Made by a program: the position numbers and the translations under genes
From: an uncultured delta proteobacterium
Lineage (GTDB): Bacteria > Myxococcota > Kuafuiibacteriia > Kuafuiibacteriales > Kuafuiibacteriaceae
DNA length: 64,000 nt
NCBI GenBank assembly: GCA_963803435.1
Contig: CAWDML010000007.1
Coordinates: forward strand, 96,001-160,000
Direction of reading: 5' to 3'
Shown here: one piece after another, positions 29,459-36,781 of the stretch
How positions within the stretch are numbered: the first letter of the stretch is position 1
Layout of the letters: each line of letters begins with the position of its first letter
Notes under the pieces: generated by a model
What the model was told of the DNA's origin: nothing
Seen by the model: only the letters and a program-made list of their open reading frames with translations
The model's database searches: none

Positions 29459-30754
29459 TCACTTCGCCCGCGCCAGCCAGCCCAAAGTCTCGTAGGCGGC
29501 CGGGTTGATGGTTGAGGCCTTCGCCCGCTCCTGCTCCGCCGCCGCCGCGTCTCCGGCCGAGGCCAGCACCCAGGCCGCCGTCGCGTGGAGATCGGCGGTG
29601 GAGATCGGGGTGGCGAGGGCCGAGCGGATCGCGGTCTCGGCCTCCGCAACCTGTCCTGCGGTCTGGTACGCCTGCGCCAGCAGCACCAGCGACTCGGCCG
29701 TGGGGCGGGCCTCATAGCTCCTCTTCGCGATCTCCACCGCGCCCTTGGCGTCGCCGTGGCCGAGCAGGTGGGTGAGCGCGTGGGCGGAGAATGCCTCCGG
29801 ATAGGCCGCGATCTGCTCGGCGTACATCGCCTTGACCCGGTCGTGGAGCGCCTGGGCGCGGGCGAACTCGCCGTGGTTCTGGAGGATCGCCGCGAAGCCG
29901 TGCACCGGCTCCGGGTTCGTCGGATCGCGCGCTTCCAGCCGCTGATAGATCGCGGTCGCGCCGGCCTCGTCGCCGAGGCCGAGCATCGCCTTGGCGAGGC
30001 CCTGCTCGATGAGATACCAGCCGTCGAAGGCGCGGTCCGCGGTCTCGAAGCGCTGCCTCGCCTCGGCGAAGCGCCCGCGGTCGAGCGCCATCTGCCCGCG
30101 CAGCATCTCGACCCAGGCCTTGGCCTCCCCTTCACGGCCGACCTTTCCCTCCGCCTCCTCGAGAAGCGCCTCGGCGGCCGCGAAGTCGGCGGTCTTCCAG
30201 CGGTACTGGGCGAGCCGCGCCAGCGCGGTGACGGTTCGCTTCTCGGCGAGGACGGCCTCGTACGCCGCCTCGGCCTCGCGGTAGCGACCGCGGTACAGGA
30301 GGAGGTCGGCGCGCAGCTCGGCGATCGCGGCCTTCGAGGTGTCGCCCATGATCGCGGCCTCGGCCACCTTCAGATCGGGCTCCACGCGATCGAAGCGGTG
30401 GAGCGTGAAGCTCAGCCGCGCCCTCGCCATGTACGGGCCGCTCCCGGGCTCGGCCAGCTCGAACGCCTCGACCAGCGCGCGATCGGCCGCCGCATAGTCG
30501 CGGTAGCTGCCGGTGAGATGGGCGCGGGAGAGATAGCCGAAGGAGACCTCCTGGAGGTCGATCCACCAGCCGGATCGATCGAAGCGCTTCTGGTGAAAAG
30601 CGATCTTCTGATCGATCAGCGCGAGCGCGCGGTCGCAGGCGGTGACCGGGCGCTCCGCGAGCTCCGAGGGAGCCGCCGGCGCCGGCCTCATCAAGGCGAT
30701 GCCGGCGGCGATCACGGCGCCGGTGGAGAATGCGATCGATGCGGTCTTCAGCAT
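29459..30754 (-). CDS. Tetratricopeptide repeat protein (DUF4331-associated)
   Basis: Signal/anchor followed by helical TPR-like repeats (GRYREAEAAY, GRFAEARQRF, GQVAEAETAI). Confidence 0.85.
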   Translation of the reverse strand: MLKTASIAFSTGAVIAAGIALMRPAPAAPSELAERPVTACDRALALIDQKIAFHQKRFDRSGWWIDLQEVSFGYLSRAHLTGSYRDYAAADRALVEAFELAEPGSGPYMARARLSFTLHRFDRVEPDLKVAEAAIMGDTSKAAIAELRADLLLYRGRYREAEAAYEAVLAEKRTVTALARLAQYRWKTADFAAAEALLEEAEGKVGREGEAKAWVEMLRGQMALDRGRFAEARQRFETADRAFDGWYLIEQGLAKAMLGLGDEAGATAIYQRLEARDPTNPEPVHGFAAILQNHGEFARAQALHDRVKAMYAEQIAAYPEAFSAHALTHLLGHGDAKGAVEIAKRSYEARPTAESLVLLAQAYQTAGQVAEAETAIRSALATPISTADLHATAAWVLASAGDAAAAEQERAKASTINPAAYETLGWLARAK

Positions 30755-30824
30755 GTCGAGCCTCGACGATCCGCAAAGCCCGAGGCCGGACCGCGAGCGC
30801 GTCGCGGTCCGGCTCGGCCCTCTG

Positions 30825-31598
30825 TCAGTCGGCGTTCGGATACGCCAGGTAAGGGAACTGGGTCAGGAACGGCACGTCGTTCGCCGGCGGATTGAGCGGC
30901 AGCGACGCCAGGAAGTCCGGCGCGTGCACCGTCAGGTCCAGCAAGATCACGTTCAACGTCACGTCGATGACCGGGTCCGCCAGGCGGCGGCCGTTCGGGA
31001 AGCCCGCGGGAGCGTCCGGATTCACCGTCAAGGTGTCCGGGATGATCAGGCTGATCACGGCCGGTCCGCCCTGCCCCACCGTCTGGGTCGCGCAGGGGAT
31101 GACATCGAAGTTGCCGCCGCCCATGTCGGTCGCGCAGGCGGTGAGCCCGAGCGCCGAGAAATCGTCGGCCAGCGCCGCGTGCAGACCCGCGAGCGTGCCC
31201 GCGATGTCGCTGGCGACGAACTGCGGGAGCCCGCTGCCCGGATCCGTGACGACGTCGTCGTTCGGATCCGCGTCGTTGTACGCGTTCTTGTCCACGATGA
31301 GCGCCGTGGAGACCGCCGGCATACCCATGCGATCGACGCGCGTGTACGCGGCGGGGGCGTCCGTCCGGAAGTCGAAGGACGAGGCGTCCATCCCGTTCAT
31401 GCCGTCCATCCCGTCCATGCCGTCCATTCCGTCCATGCCGTCGGCGCCGTCCTGGCCGTTCTGCCCCATCTGACCCGCTGGTCCCGTCGCGCCCTGGGGA
31501 CCCTGGGGACCGACCTCACCCATCGCGCCTTCGCAGGCGAAGCAGAGGGCGAGTCCGAGCGGCGCGAGATACGAGATCGTCTTCGTGTGTCGTTTCAT
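30825..31598 (-). CDS. DUF4331-family lipoprotein with collagen-like repeat
   Basis: Lipobox CFAC, 16 Gly-X-Y triplets, RVDRMGMPAVSTAL, PDTL, GFPNGRRLADPVID and FPYLA. Confidence 0.85.
   Translation of the reverse strand: MKRHTKTISYLAPLGLALCFACEGAMGEVGPQGPQGATGPAGQMGQNGQDGADGMDGMDGMDGMDGMNGMDASSFDFRTDAPAAYTRVDRMGMPAVSTALIVDKNAYNDADPNDDVVTDPGSGLPQFVASDIAGTLAGLHAALADDFSALGLTACATDMGGGNFDVIPCATQTVGQGGPAVISLIIPDTLTVNPDAPAGFPNGRRLADPVIDVTLNVILLDLTVHAPDFLASLPLNPPANDVPFLTQFPYLAYPNAD
31386..31529 (-). repeat. Collagen-like (Gly-X-Y)16 coding repeat including a (GMD)n 9-bp tandem repeat
   Basis: GAMGEVGPQGPQGATGPAGQMGQNGQDGADGMDGMDGMDGMDGMNGMD. Confidence 0.9.
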
Positions 31599-31610
31599 CT
31601 CTTCGCCTCC

Positions 31611-32252
31611 TCAGATCCGCGCCGACGTGCCCCAGATCCGGTACGGACCTGAGCCGGGCAGCGCGCGCAGCGGAATCTCGATGATGATCGAGGAGACGTT
31701 GAGGCCGGCGAAGAAGTCCCGCGTGTTGTCGAACGCGAGGTTCCCGGTCATCAGGGTCGTCTGGAACCCCATCAGATCGAAGAAGAAGGGATCCTCGCGG
31801 ACCCCGCAGTACGCCTTGGCGCCGCCGAGATCGACCGCGCTGCCGACGAGGCCGATGACCGGCCCGCTCGCGCCCGGGATGCCTTCGATCTGGTAGCCCC
31901 AGTTCCCTTTGCTGTCCTGAGCAAAGCGGACCCAGATGTCGACGTCCGGATCGAACGCCGCGTCAGCGCTGTCGATGTGGATGCCGTACAGAACGTCGCG
32001 ATCGCCGGTGAACGTGTTCTGCGGGACCGGACCCGCGAACGTCATGGCGAGGACCAGGTTGCCGCCGTTCGCCGCCGTGTCCGTATTCCAGGCATACACG
32101 TCGGCGATGTCCGCGGCGTTTCCAATGGGATTCCCCACGCGTGGAGAGGGATCCAGGTGATCCGCAGCTTGCGCGATCGGACCCGCCGTCAGGAGCGAGC
32201 CCACCACGAAAACTGCGCCAACCACCTGGAGGTGCGTTTTCAGGTGATTCAT
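31611..32252 (-). CDS. DUF4331-family exported protein (N-terminal-type half)
   Basis: Signal peptide ending AQA, then ADHLD.P, ADIADVYAW, YGIHID, G.REDPFFFDL and DFFAGLNVSSIIIEIP; SD GGAGG upstream. Confidence 0.85.
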   Translation of the reverse strand: MNHLKTHLQVVGAVFVVGSLLTAGPIAQAADHLDPSPRVGNPIGNAADIADVYAWNTDTAANGGNLVLAMTFAGPVPQNTFTGDRDVLYGIHIDSADAAFDPDVDIWVRFAQDSKGNWGYQIEGIPGASGPVIGLVGSAVDLGGAKAYCGVREDPFFFDLMGFQTTLMTGNLAFDNTRDFFAGLNVSSIIIEIPLRALPGSGPYRIWGTSARI

Positions 32253-32295
32253 CAATGCGTGACCTCCGCGCACGTTGTGACGTGCGCCTCCTTCG

Positions 32296-32320
32296 TACGC
32301 AGGAGGTCAGCGGATGGATC
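32296..32320 (-). promoter_or_regulatory. Putative ECF sigma promoter (GATCC-N16-CGTA) for the DUF4331 operon
   Basis: Minus strand reads GATCC ATCCGCTGACCTCCTG CGTA, about 45 nt upstream of the ATG. It resembles SigK/RpoT-type ECF promoters (from recall). Confidence 0.4.
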
Positions 32321-32363
32321 GAGGGATGGGGGCGCGGGTGATTCTGGCCGGTTGGGGGCCGAG

Positions 32364-32432
32364 CTAGGAGCGTGTAGCGCGTAGCGCTACCGCGAGCCCG
32401 GTCCGGGTCCCGGTCCCGGTCCCGGTCCCGAT
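32364..32432 (+). repeat. Left inverted repeat
   Basis: CTAGGAGCGTGTAGCGCGTAGCGCTACCGCGAGCCCGGTCCGGGT(CCCGGT)3CCCGAT. Confidence 0.95.
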
Positions 32433-32452
32433 CTGAAGATGGCTGCCTTGAG

Positions 32453-33310
32453 TCAGACGCTCGCGACGGTCGCGAGCTTCGATCGGTAGAGCTTGAGCAG
32501 GTTGTGGGTGAGGCAGACGAGCGTCCACTCGGCTCGTACCTTGAAGAAGGAGCGTAGCGAGAACCGGCGGAATCCTCGTGCCCCTTTGATCTGTCCGAGC
32601 GCCGGTCCGACGATACTCTTCCTGCGGGCGTAGACCGCCTTGCCGTCGCGCGTTTGCAACTTGTCTCGCATTCGCTTGCGAGCGAGCGAGGCAGGTGTGG
32701 GCTCCGAAGCTGATGAGGACGGAGTCGACGCGTCTTGGTTCTGTTCGCGTCCAACAGCGATGTGGGCATCGATCTGATTGTTGTCGCAGAATTCGATGTT
32801 GGTCGCGCTCAGATACCCGTTGTCTGCCGTCATCTTCCGCGGAGCATCGCCGCAGTTGCCGAACACATCACGGAGCATCGGGACGAGGTGTTGCTGATCA
32901 GGTGCCTGGTTGCTGACCCCTTCGGCGACAATCACCTGAGCGTGCTCATCTACGACAACTTGGGCATTGTAGGCCTGGAGGTACGCTCCATCCTTCAACA
33001 TGATCCTGCTGTCTGAGTCGGTGAAGTTCCTCTGAGCGTTGGGCCTCGGTGTGCCGTCCACATTTGCAGGAACGCGATGATGCGGCCATCCATCATTTCG
33101 TTCAGCAGCGCGATCATCATTCGAGGCGAGTACGGTTCGCTCGCCTCGCAGGTCCTTGGACTGGATCGAGATCTCGATCGCGCTCAGCTCTACCTCATCG
33201 ACGACGTCCAAGACGAAGTACGCGAGATGATTTTCTGGGAGCCACTCGAGAGGGGACGGCGGGAGCAAGAACGATTGTCTCGGAGTCCAAGAACGGTATT
33301 GCTTCGCCAC
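32453..33310 (-). pseudogene. IS1182-family transposase remnant (internal deletion, catalytic Glu lost)
   Basis: N-terminal QSFLLPPSPLEWLPENHLA (DUF772-like) joined almost directly to NFTDSDSRIM...YNAQ...ADNGY...YARRKSIVGP (VEP changed to VGP)...HNLLKL; 285 aa, against roughly 450-550 aa for intact members. Confidence 0.85.
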
Positions 33311-33429
33311 GAAACCATGGGATCAAGTCCAGGCGTCGAAGTCGATCCGCCCAACGATCGATTCCAGACGAAACGACCTCCAAGAACTTCTGCTGGTCAA
33401 AGTGGACGAGCTACCGCAAGCTAGCTTGC

Positions 33430-33799
33430 ATGGTCACTTTCGATCACGAGAAGCTCGAGGCCTACCAGCTCGCCGTCGAGTATGCCGACATCGCTGAAGA
33501 GATCGCACAAGAAACTGCAACCCGGTCACGCTCACGTCCGCGATCAGCTTCGGCGGGCATCCGATTCCATCGTGAACAACACCGCCGAGGGCGTCGGAGA
33601 GCTCAATCCACCTGAGAAGGCTCGCTTCTACCGGATGGCACTTCGCTCTGGCACCGAAAGCGCCGCCTCACTCCACACCTGCTTGAGGCGCCGACTCCCC
33701 AACGAGCAGAAGGTCCAAGCCGCCAGAGTCAAGCTCAAGCGCGTTGTCGAGAGGCTCACGCGCCTCATCAAGTCGATGAACGCACGCCGGGCTGCATGA
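33430..33799 (+). CDS. Four-helix-bundle protein (23S rRNA-IVP/S23, Avd-related); frameshift near 33510
   Basis: MVTFDHEKLEAYQLAVEY... then DQLRRASDSIVNNTAEG...KARFYRMALRSGTE...LTRLIKS. Confidence 0.88.
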
Positions 33800-33804
33800 T
33801 CGCC

Positions 33805-33867
33805 ATCGGGACCGGGACCGGGACCCGGACCGGGCTCGCGGTAGCGCTACGCGCTACACGCTCCTAG
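33805..33867 (-). repeat. Right inverted repeat
   Basis: Reverse complement is identical to the left IR except for one fewer CCCGGT unit. Confidence 0.95.
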
Positions 33868-34826
33868 GCGTTCATCAGCATCTGGGCGTTTTGCACGCGC
33901 TGGGAACGGGCTGCTCCGCTCGAGACTTCGAAGTTGGCATCCCAGTAGGCCGCGCCTGCCGCAGCATCGGTCTTGCTGAGCCCATCGAGGTTGCCCCGGG
34001 CCTTCGCCTCGAGGAGCGTGTACTCGAGCTGCGTGTTGAAGTCGGTCCAGTCTCGGCCGTTGTCCTTGGCCCACTTCTGAAGCGCGTCCCGCCGCCCGTT
34101 GTGCCACTGGCTGAGGCCGCCGGAGGTACCGCCGTCGCCCGAGTTGTTGCCAGGGTCCAGACCCGGGGACTCGACCATCATGTTGCCGACGATCGCCGCC
34201 GCTTGGGCTTTGGTGAGGTGGCCGTGCTCCTGCAAGTACTTCATCGCGTACTTCGCCTTCTCCATCTCCTTGGCGCTGGCGGGCGGACCACCGGCGGAGC
34301 CCGTCGCGCTCGCGGTGACCGGGGAGCCCGAGCTCGCCCCGCTGGTGCCGCCCCCTCCGCTGCTGCCGCCTCCGCCCGAGCTGCCGCCGCCCGAGCTGCC
34401 ACCCACCGGCTGGGTCGACTGCGCGGCGGGCGAGCTCATGTTGCCGAGGTCCCGACCACCGCCCGCCGGCTTGTTCTCCTGCTGCTTGTTGAGCAGCCAC
34501 TGGATCAGCAGCTGCATCATCTCCTCTTTGTCGAGGTTCTGTAGCGCGTCCATCCCAGGCTTCGTGGGAACGCCGTTCTCGCCCTCCTTGCCGAGGACGA
34601 TCTGCATCAGCTTTCGGCTCTCGTCGGCGGTGTCGATCTTGTCGGGATCGCCGCCCTTGAAGTCGGCCTGGTGCGCCTTGACGATCTTCTGGATGTCCGG
34701 CGGGAGCGCCGAGATGTCGATGCTGTCCTGCCCGACCGGCATCGCCTGCCCTTGAGGCAGAGCACCGTTACGGAGGAAGTAGCTCCAAATGTCGTTGGGA
34801 TCAGAAGTAAGTCCGGTGAGTGCCAT
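33864..34826 (-). CDS. Protein with C-terminal phage tail-type lysozyme domain (Phage_lysozyme2-like) and Gly/Ser linker
   Basis: SD GGAGGAG before ATG 34826; C-terminal LTKAQAAAIVGNMMVES...GLSQWHNGRRDAL...TQLEY...FEVS; long G/S-rich linker. Confidence 0.8.
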   Translation of the reverse strand: MALTGLTSDPNDIWSYFLRNGALPQGQAMPVGQDSIDISALPPDIQKIVKAHQADFKGGDPDKIDTADESRKLMQIVLGKEGENGVPTKPGMDALQNLDKEEMMQLLIQWLLNKQQENKPAGGGRDLGNMSSPAAQSTQPVGGSSGGGSSGGGGSSGGGGTSGASSGSPVTASATGSAGGPPASAKEMEKAKYAMKYLQEHGHLTKAQAAAIVGNMMVESPGLDPGNNSGDGGTSGGLSQWHNGRRDALQKWAKDNGRDWTDFNTQLEYTLLEAKARGNLDGLSKTDAAAGAAYWDANFEVSSGAARSQRVQNAQMLMNA

Positions 34827-34885
34827 CCTGGTTCTCCTCCCCGAGATAGTGGACGGCGGGAGCGGTGAGGTCGCTTTCGAGACGA

Positions 34886-36727
34886 TTACAAGTAGGCGCG
34901 CGCCCAGCCGTCGATCGTGAGGAGCAGGAACAGCTGCCGCCGCCGGTCGTGTTTTCCGCTCAGGTGTTCCTCGAAGCAGCTCCGGATCACAGATCGGTCC
35001 ATCCACGCGAACAGAGGCGAGTCTTCGCGGATCAACCGCGACTCGACCGTCGCCTTGAGTTGCTCGCGGAGCCACACATCGAGCGGGTTGGTGAAGCCGC
35101 GCTTCTTGCGCGTGAGGAGCGCCGGCGGCAGGCGCCGCTTCATCGCCCGCCGGTGCACGCGCTTGGTGACGAAGCCGGCGGCCGTGAGCCTGAGCTTCTG
35201 CGCGTCTGGAAAGGACTCGAGCAGCTCGATCAGGCGGTGATCGAGAAACGGCACGCGGAGCTCGATGCCGTGCGCCATCGAGAGCTTGTCCGCGACCATC
35301 AAGAGGTCGTCGACCAACCAGGTCCGCGTGTCCGTGTAGAGCATGCGTCCGAGCGGCGGCAGGTGCGCCGCCTCCCGGTGGAGGCGCTCGATCGGCGCGG
35401 CGACGTTCGACTCGACGCGGACGCCCGGCAGCAGCAAACGCCGCTTCTCCTCCTCCTGGAACACCGCGTAGATCCGGAGCGCGCGGCGGAGATCGTCCGG
35501 CTCGTCGAGCGCGCGAAAGGCACGCTTGAGCTTCTCCGGCGCCGCGCTCTGCTCCACGATCGGCTCCAGCCTGGAGAGGAAGCCGAGGCGGCGGAACCAG
35601 GGCGCCAGATACTCACCCTTGTAGCGATCGTAGCCGGCCAGCGGCTCGTCGGCGCCCTGCCCCGAGAGCACGACCTTCACGTGGCGGCGGGCGAGCTGCG
35701 AGAGGAAGTGCGTCGCGGGCGCCGAGTCGTTCAGCACCGGCTCCTCCAGATCGACGACGTAGCGATCGAGGTACGCTCGATAATCCTCGGCCCCGATCAC
35801 CAGCGTGTGCTGCTCGGCGCCGAAGAGACGCGCGGTCTCTGCCGCCAGCGGGATCTCGTCGTCGGCTTCGTTGTCGGTGAAGCCGATCGTGAACGCGTGG
35901 ACGTCGCGGCGTCCCATCGACTGCAGCACGGCCGCGGAGTCGACGCCGCCCGAGAGGAAGATGCCCACGGGGACGTCGCTGACCATGCGCGCGGCCACCG
36001 CGTCGTCGAACGCGCGGAGGAAGCGCGCCTCTGCCTCGTCGTCCGGGATCGCGACGGGCTCGGGGCGCGGCGACCACCAGCGCTCGATCGTGAGCCCGCG
36101 ATCCGAGGCGACGGCGAAGTGCCCGGGCGGGAGCTTCCTGATCCCCGCGAACGCGGTGAGCGGCGAGGGGACGTAGCGGTACGTGAGCAGCTGATCGAGG
36201 GCCACCGGATCGAGCGCCACCTTCACGGAGGGATGGAGCAAGAGCGCTCGGATCTCCGACGCGAAGGCAGCGCCGCCGCCGGGGAGCTCGACGTAGTAGA
36301 CCGGCTTGATGCCGAGTCGGTCGCGGATCACCACCAGCTCGTGCGTGCGCCCGTCCCAGATCGCGGCCGCGAACATGCCCACGATCGGCTCCAGCCCCGC
36401 GATCCCGCGCTCCTCGTAGGCGCGCAGGAAGACCTCGGTGTCGCTGTTGGTCCGCCACGGACCCGGCAGCGCGGCCCGGACCTCCCGGTAGTTGTAGGCC
36501 TCGCCGTTGTAGACGATCAGCACCCGATCGTCGCGGCCGCGGATCGGTTGATCGCCGCCCTCGAGATCGATGATCGACAGACGCCGGTGCCCCAGCCCGC
36601 AACCCGGGTTGACATGGACCCCGCGGCCGTCGGGCCCGCGGTGGGCCAGGCTGTCGGTCATTCGATCGAGGAGCCCGGGATCGACGGCCCCGCCGCGCGG
36701 TGCGAACAGCGCCACGAAACCGCACAT
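34886..36727 (-). CDS. asnB: Asparagine synthase (glutamine-hydrolysing) family amidotransferase
   Basis: MCGF N-terminal nucleophile, HRGPDG, GHRRLSIID, YNGEAYN, RDRLGIKP, LSGGVDS, SGQGADE and ELRVPFLD. Confidence 0.93.
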   Translation of the reverse strand: MCGFVALFAPRGGAVDPGLLDRMTDSLAHRGPDGRGVHVNPGCGLGHRRLSIIDLEGGDQPIRGRDDRVLIVYNGEAYNYREVRAALPGPWRTNSDTEVFLRAYEERGIAGLEPIVGMFAAAIWDGRTHELVVIRDRLGIKPVYYVELPGGGAAFASEIRALLLHPSVKVALDPVALDQLLTYRYVPSPLTAFAGIRKLPPGHFAVASDRGLTIERWWSPRPEPVAIPDDEAEARFLRAFDDAVAARMVSDVPVGIFLSGGVDSAAVLQSMGRRDVHAFTIGFTDNEADDEIPLAAETARLFGAEQHTLVIGAEDYRAYLDRYVVDLEEPVLNDSAPATHFLSQLARRHVKVVLSGQGADEPLAGYDRYKGEYLAPWFRRLGFLSRLEPIVEQSAAPEKLKRAFRALDEPDDLRRALRIYAVFQEEEKRRLLLPGVRVESNVAAPIERLHREAAHLPPLGRMLYTDTRTWLVDDLLMVADKLSMAHGIELRVPFLDHRLIELLESFPDAQKLRLTAAGFVTKRVHRRAMKRRLPPALLTRKKRGFTNPLDVWLREQLKATVESRLIREDSPLFAWMDRSVIRSCFEEHLSGKHDRRRQLFLLLTIDGWARAYL

Positions 36728-36781
36728 TTGCGGGCAAGCTACCCGATTGCGCTCACGTGCGCACCTCGATACGGATCCCGG

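Larger units (their letters stand above)
32364..33867. mobile_element. IS1182-derived non-autonomous element with long terminal inverted repeats and a four-helix-bundle passenger gene
   Basis: 69/63-bp inverted repeats, both with an outer CTAG; encloses a decayed IS1182 transposase and a four-helix-bundle gene; visibly lower GC than the flanks. Confidence 0.8.

Noticed and set aside
32364-32432. CRISPR array
   Set aside because: Only two inverted copies and short hexamer tandem units; no direct repeats with unique spacers and no cas genes.
33430-33799. Diversity-generating retroelement (Avd homologue)
   Set aside because: No reverse transcriptase, and no TR/VR repeat pair differing at adenines was seen in the window.
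33864-34826. Prophage region
   Set aside because: The lysozyme domain is isolated; no capsid, tail, terminase or integrase genes are nearby.
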